A DNA stretch of 64,000 bases from the NCBI GenBank assembly GCA_963749655.1, contig CAVVOB010000030.1, positions 1 to 64,000 on the forward strand, written 5' to 3'. Made by a program: the position numbers and the translations under genes. This stretch comes from Nitrospirota bacterium. GTDB taxonomy: Bacteria; Nitrospirota; UBA9217. Shown here piece after piece: positions 62,072 to 64,000 of this stretch (the stretch's first letter is position 1; each line of letters starts with the position of its first letter). The notes below the pieces were generated by a model. That model ran no database searches. It was not told the origin of the DNA and saw only the letters and a program-made list of their open reading frames with translations.

Positions 62072-62095
62072 GATCGAATACGATGTCAGGGGAGA

Positions 62096-63100
62096 CTACT
62101 GACGAAAGAGCACACGGTCCATGTCTATGTTTCTGCCGCCGATGCTTTTTTGATTATGGGCCCCCGAAAGCTTCTTTCCGTCGTCCGACATCGTGAGGTC
62201 GTAGGTCTCGGTCTTCCAGTATCCGACCACGGACCTCATTTTCCAGCGCATCTGCAGTTTCAGGTTCTTGTCGCTTATCTCGAATTGGGTGACTGCTGCG
62301 TAGCTGTCCGCGGCCCTCTTCGGCGGCGTGACCACAAGGTCCCCGGCAGCGTTCTTTTCTATCGCGAATGCCTCGATGGTGAGTTCCTCGCCGCGCAAAA
62401 CGTCCTTGAAGTACCAGGTGCCGATGAAGCTCGGAATCCTCGATTTCTTCTCGGGCGGCGGCATCTTGATGATCTTCAGCTCCGTGTCCGCGGACTCGAT
62501 GGCGAGTGACGGTTTGCCTGCGAGGGCCAGGGCTTTGCTCCCCGGGGCAGCGGGCGCGGCAGCAGGCGCCGGTTCCGGGGCAGGAGCGTTCTTCCCTGCT
62601 TTGAGGTCTTCAGCGTCGACTTCGAGGGAGTAGATCTTGTTCTTTACTTCGCGCGCGTTTTTGGCGTCGGGAGCTGCCAGCAGATAGAACTTCAGGCTCT
62701 GCAGCGCTTCAGCGTAGAGCCCCGCGCGCTCCTGGGCTATGCCCAGATTGTAATAGGCAATAGCCATCCACGGCGCGCTGTTGGCGGCAGCCCCGAATTC
62801 GGCGATGGCCTTCTGATAGCCGTTCCCGTCCGTGGCTTTCGCGAAAAAAGCCGTTCCCCGTACGAAGTTTCTTTCGGCATCTTCCGGAATGGGCGGCGCG
62901 GGCTTGATGCTTAACGCGAGATTGATGATCTTTTCGCGCAGGGCATTATCAGACGGATTCTTCCTCAGCTCTGCAGCATACTGTTTCAGCGTATCCAGAG
63001 AACCACCACCGCTTGGCTTTTTCGCCGCCGATGCGATGTTGGGCGATATGAGCAAAGCCGCCGTCAGAATGGTCGTGAGAATCTGTTTCCTTACAAACAT
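62096..63100 (-). CDS. Secreted TPR protein with C-terminal beta domain
   Basis: Signal peptide (ASA), AYYNLGIAQE TPR, Pro/Ala linker. Confidence 0.7.
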   Translation of the reverse strand: MFVRKQILTTILTAALLISPNIASAAKKPSGGGSLDTLKQYAAELRKNPSDNALREKIINLALSIKPAPPIPEDAERNFVRGTAFFAKATDGNGYQKAIAEFGAAANSAPWMAIAYYNLGIAQERAGLYAEALQSLKFYLLAAPDAKNAREVKNKIYSLEVDAEDLKAGKNAPAPEPAPAAAPAAPGSKALALAGKPSLAIESADTELKIIKMPPPEKKSRIPSFIGTWYFKDVLRGEELTIEAFAIEKNAAGDLVVTPPKRAADSYAAVTQFEISDKNLKLQMRWKMRSVVGYWKTETYDLTMSDDGKKLSGAHNQKSIGGRNIDMDRVLFRQ

Positions 63101-63387
63101 AATTCGCTCCTTCATTTCGACAAATGCAAAATTATTACACTATCTGCCGAAACCCGCGTATGCAAGTCATTGTTTTTTCAAATAAATGGAATCAGCATTG
63201 TTAAATATTATACGAAAGCAAGTTGAGAGTCAAGACTAGTTTCTATGAATAACGTTTTCTCCGAAATGGGGGATTTGGTGCCCTATGCACCGGATGACAG
63301 AAGTTTTACGGGAGCCGGGCAATTGACTGATTCATAAGCATCAGGAATTAAGATATAGTATAATTGTTGATATTGGAAATTGTAAGG

Positions 63388-64000
63388 ATGTGTGCGATGA
63401 GACTGCCATTCAGTTTCAACATGTTGCAAATAGTCGTCCTACTGATGAGTCTTTTCGCCATATTGCCTTCCGGCTGCTCCAACGACACCCCCACCCAGGT
63501 CCGTCTTGAAAAAAAAGAGCCTGTAAAAAAGCTTTCAGAAAAACAGCCGCGCTTGGAGAATACGCTGCGGATCGCGGTCGGCGGCATGATAACGCCGAAA
63601 GCCGGTTTTGGCTATTATCGCCAGTTCCTTGACTATCTGGGCGAAAAGATGGGCATGAACGTGGAGTTCGTGGACCGCGACGATTATGCGGCCATCAACA
63701 GGCTTGTGAAGACCGGCGCCGTAGACGCTGCATTCGTCTGCGGGGGGCCGTACGTCGATGGTCACGACTCTTTTGGGATGGAGCTTCTTGCAGCACCGAA
63801 GGCGTATGGGAAGACCGTGTACTATTCCTACATCATCGTTCGGCACGACAGTGCGGCTGCGGGGCTTTCCGATCTGCGGGGAAAGAAATTCGCGTTCACC
63901 GATCCGCTTTCGAACTCAGGCGCCCTTGTGCCGACGTACATGCTGGCAAAGATGAACGAAACCCCGGCGTCCTTTTTCGGCTCCCTGGTGTACACGCATT
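63388..64000 (+). CDS. PhnD-type phosphate/phosphonate-binding lipoprotein (runs off the window end; not in ORF track)
   Basis: Lipobox PSGC; LRIAVGGMITP, AFVCGGPYV, YYSYIIV, LRGKKFAFTDPLSNSG. Confidence 0.85.
   Translation, partial: MCAMRLPFSFNMLQIVVLLMSLFAILPSGCSNDTPTQVRLEKKEPVKKLSEKQPRLENTLRIAVGGMITPKAGFGYYRQFLDYLGEKMGMNVEFVDRDDYAAINRLVKTGAVDAAFVCGGPYVDGHDSFGMELLAAPKAYGKTVYYSYIIVRHDSAAAGLSDLRGKKFAFTDPLSNSGALVPTYMLAKMNETPASFFGSLVYTH

Overview
GC-rich bacterial chromosomal window from an anaerobe. The gene content suggests a Nitrospirota/Desulfobacterota-like organism (inference). Block 1 (4.1-29.4 kb) is a Geobacter-Che5-like chemosensory cluster: DUF4388-GAF, CheY, CheA, ExeA-type ATPase, CheW x2, HEAT protein, CheR, CheB, GAF protein and CheY. 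Inside it sit a porin-multiheme-cytochrome module (OmcB-like lipoprotein with three phage-tail-like repeats, MtrA/DmsE-like decaheme, MtrB-like porin), an orphan solute-binding protein and three long chemoreceptors, one fused to a PhnD-type domain. Block 2 (29.6-33.8 kb) holds two AT-richer DUF4034/TPR paralogs. Block 3 (37.7-61.4 kb) is a Wood-Ljungdahl cluster: cooC x2, metVF with an NfnB/GltD-MvhD fusion, acsEDCB, a selenocysteine HydABC-type formate dehydrogenase and fhs. It is interleaved with folate, pantothenate and thymidylate genes and has no CO dehydrogenase gene in the window. The most striking unexplained structure is a family of about 15 intergenic 7-nt-periodic inverted-repeat elements, plus 8- and 9-nt-periodic relatives, at gene junctions. 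One of them encloses a four-helix-bundle (bAvd/IVS-like) gene in its loop. Ten apparent +1 insertions split otherwise intact genes and are probably sequencing errors. All product calls come from motif recognition by eye, not database searches.
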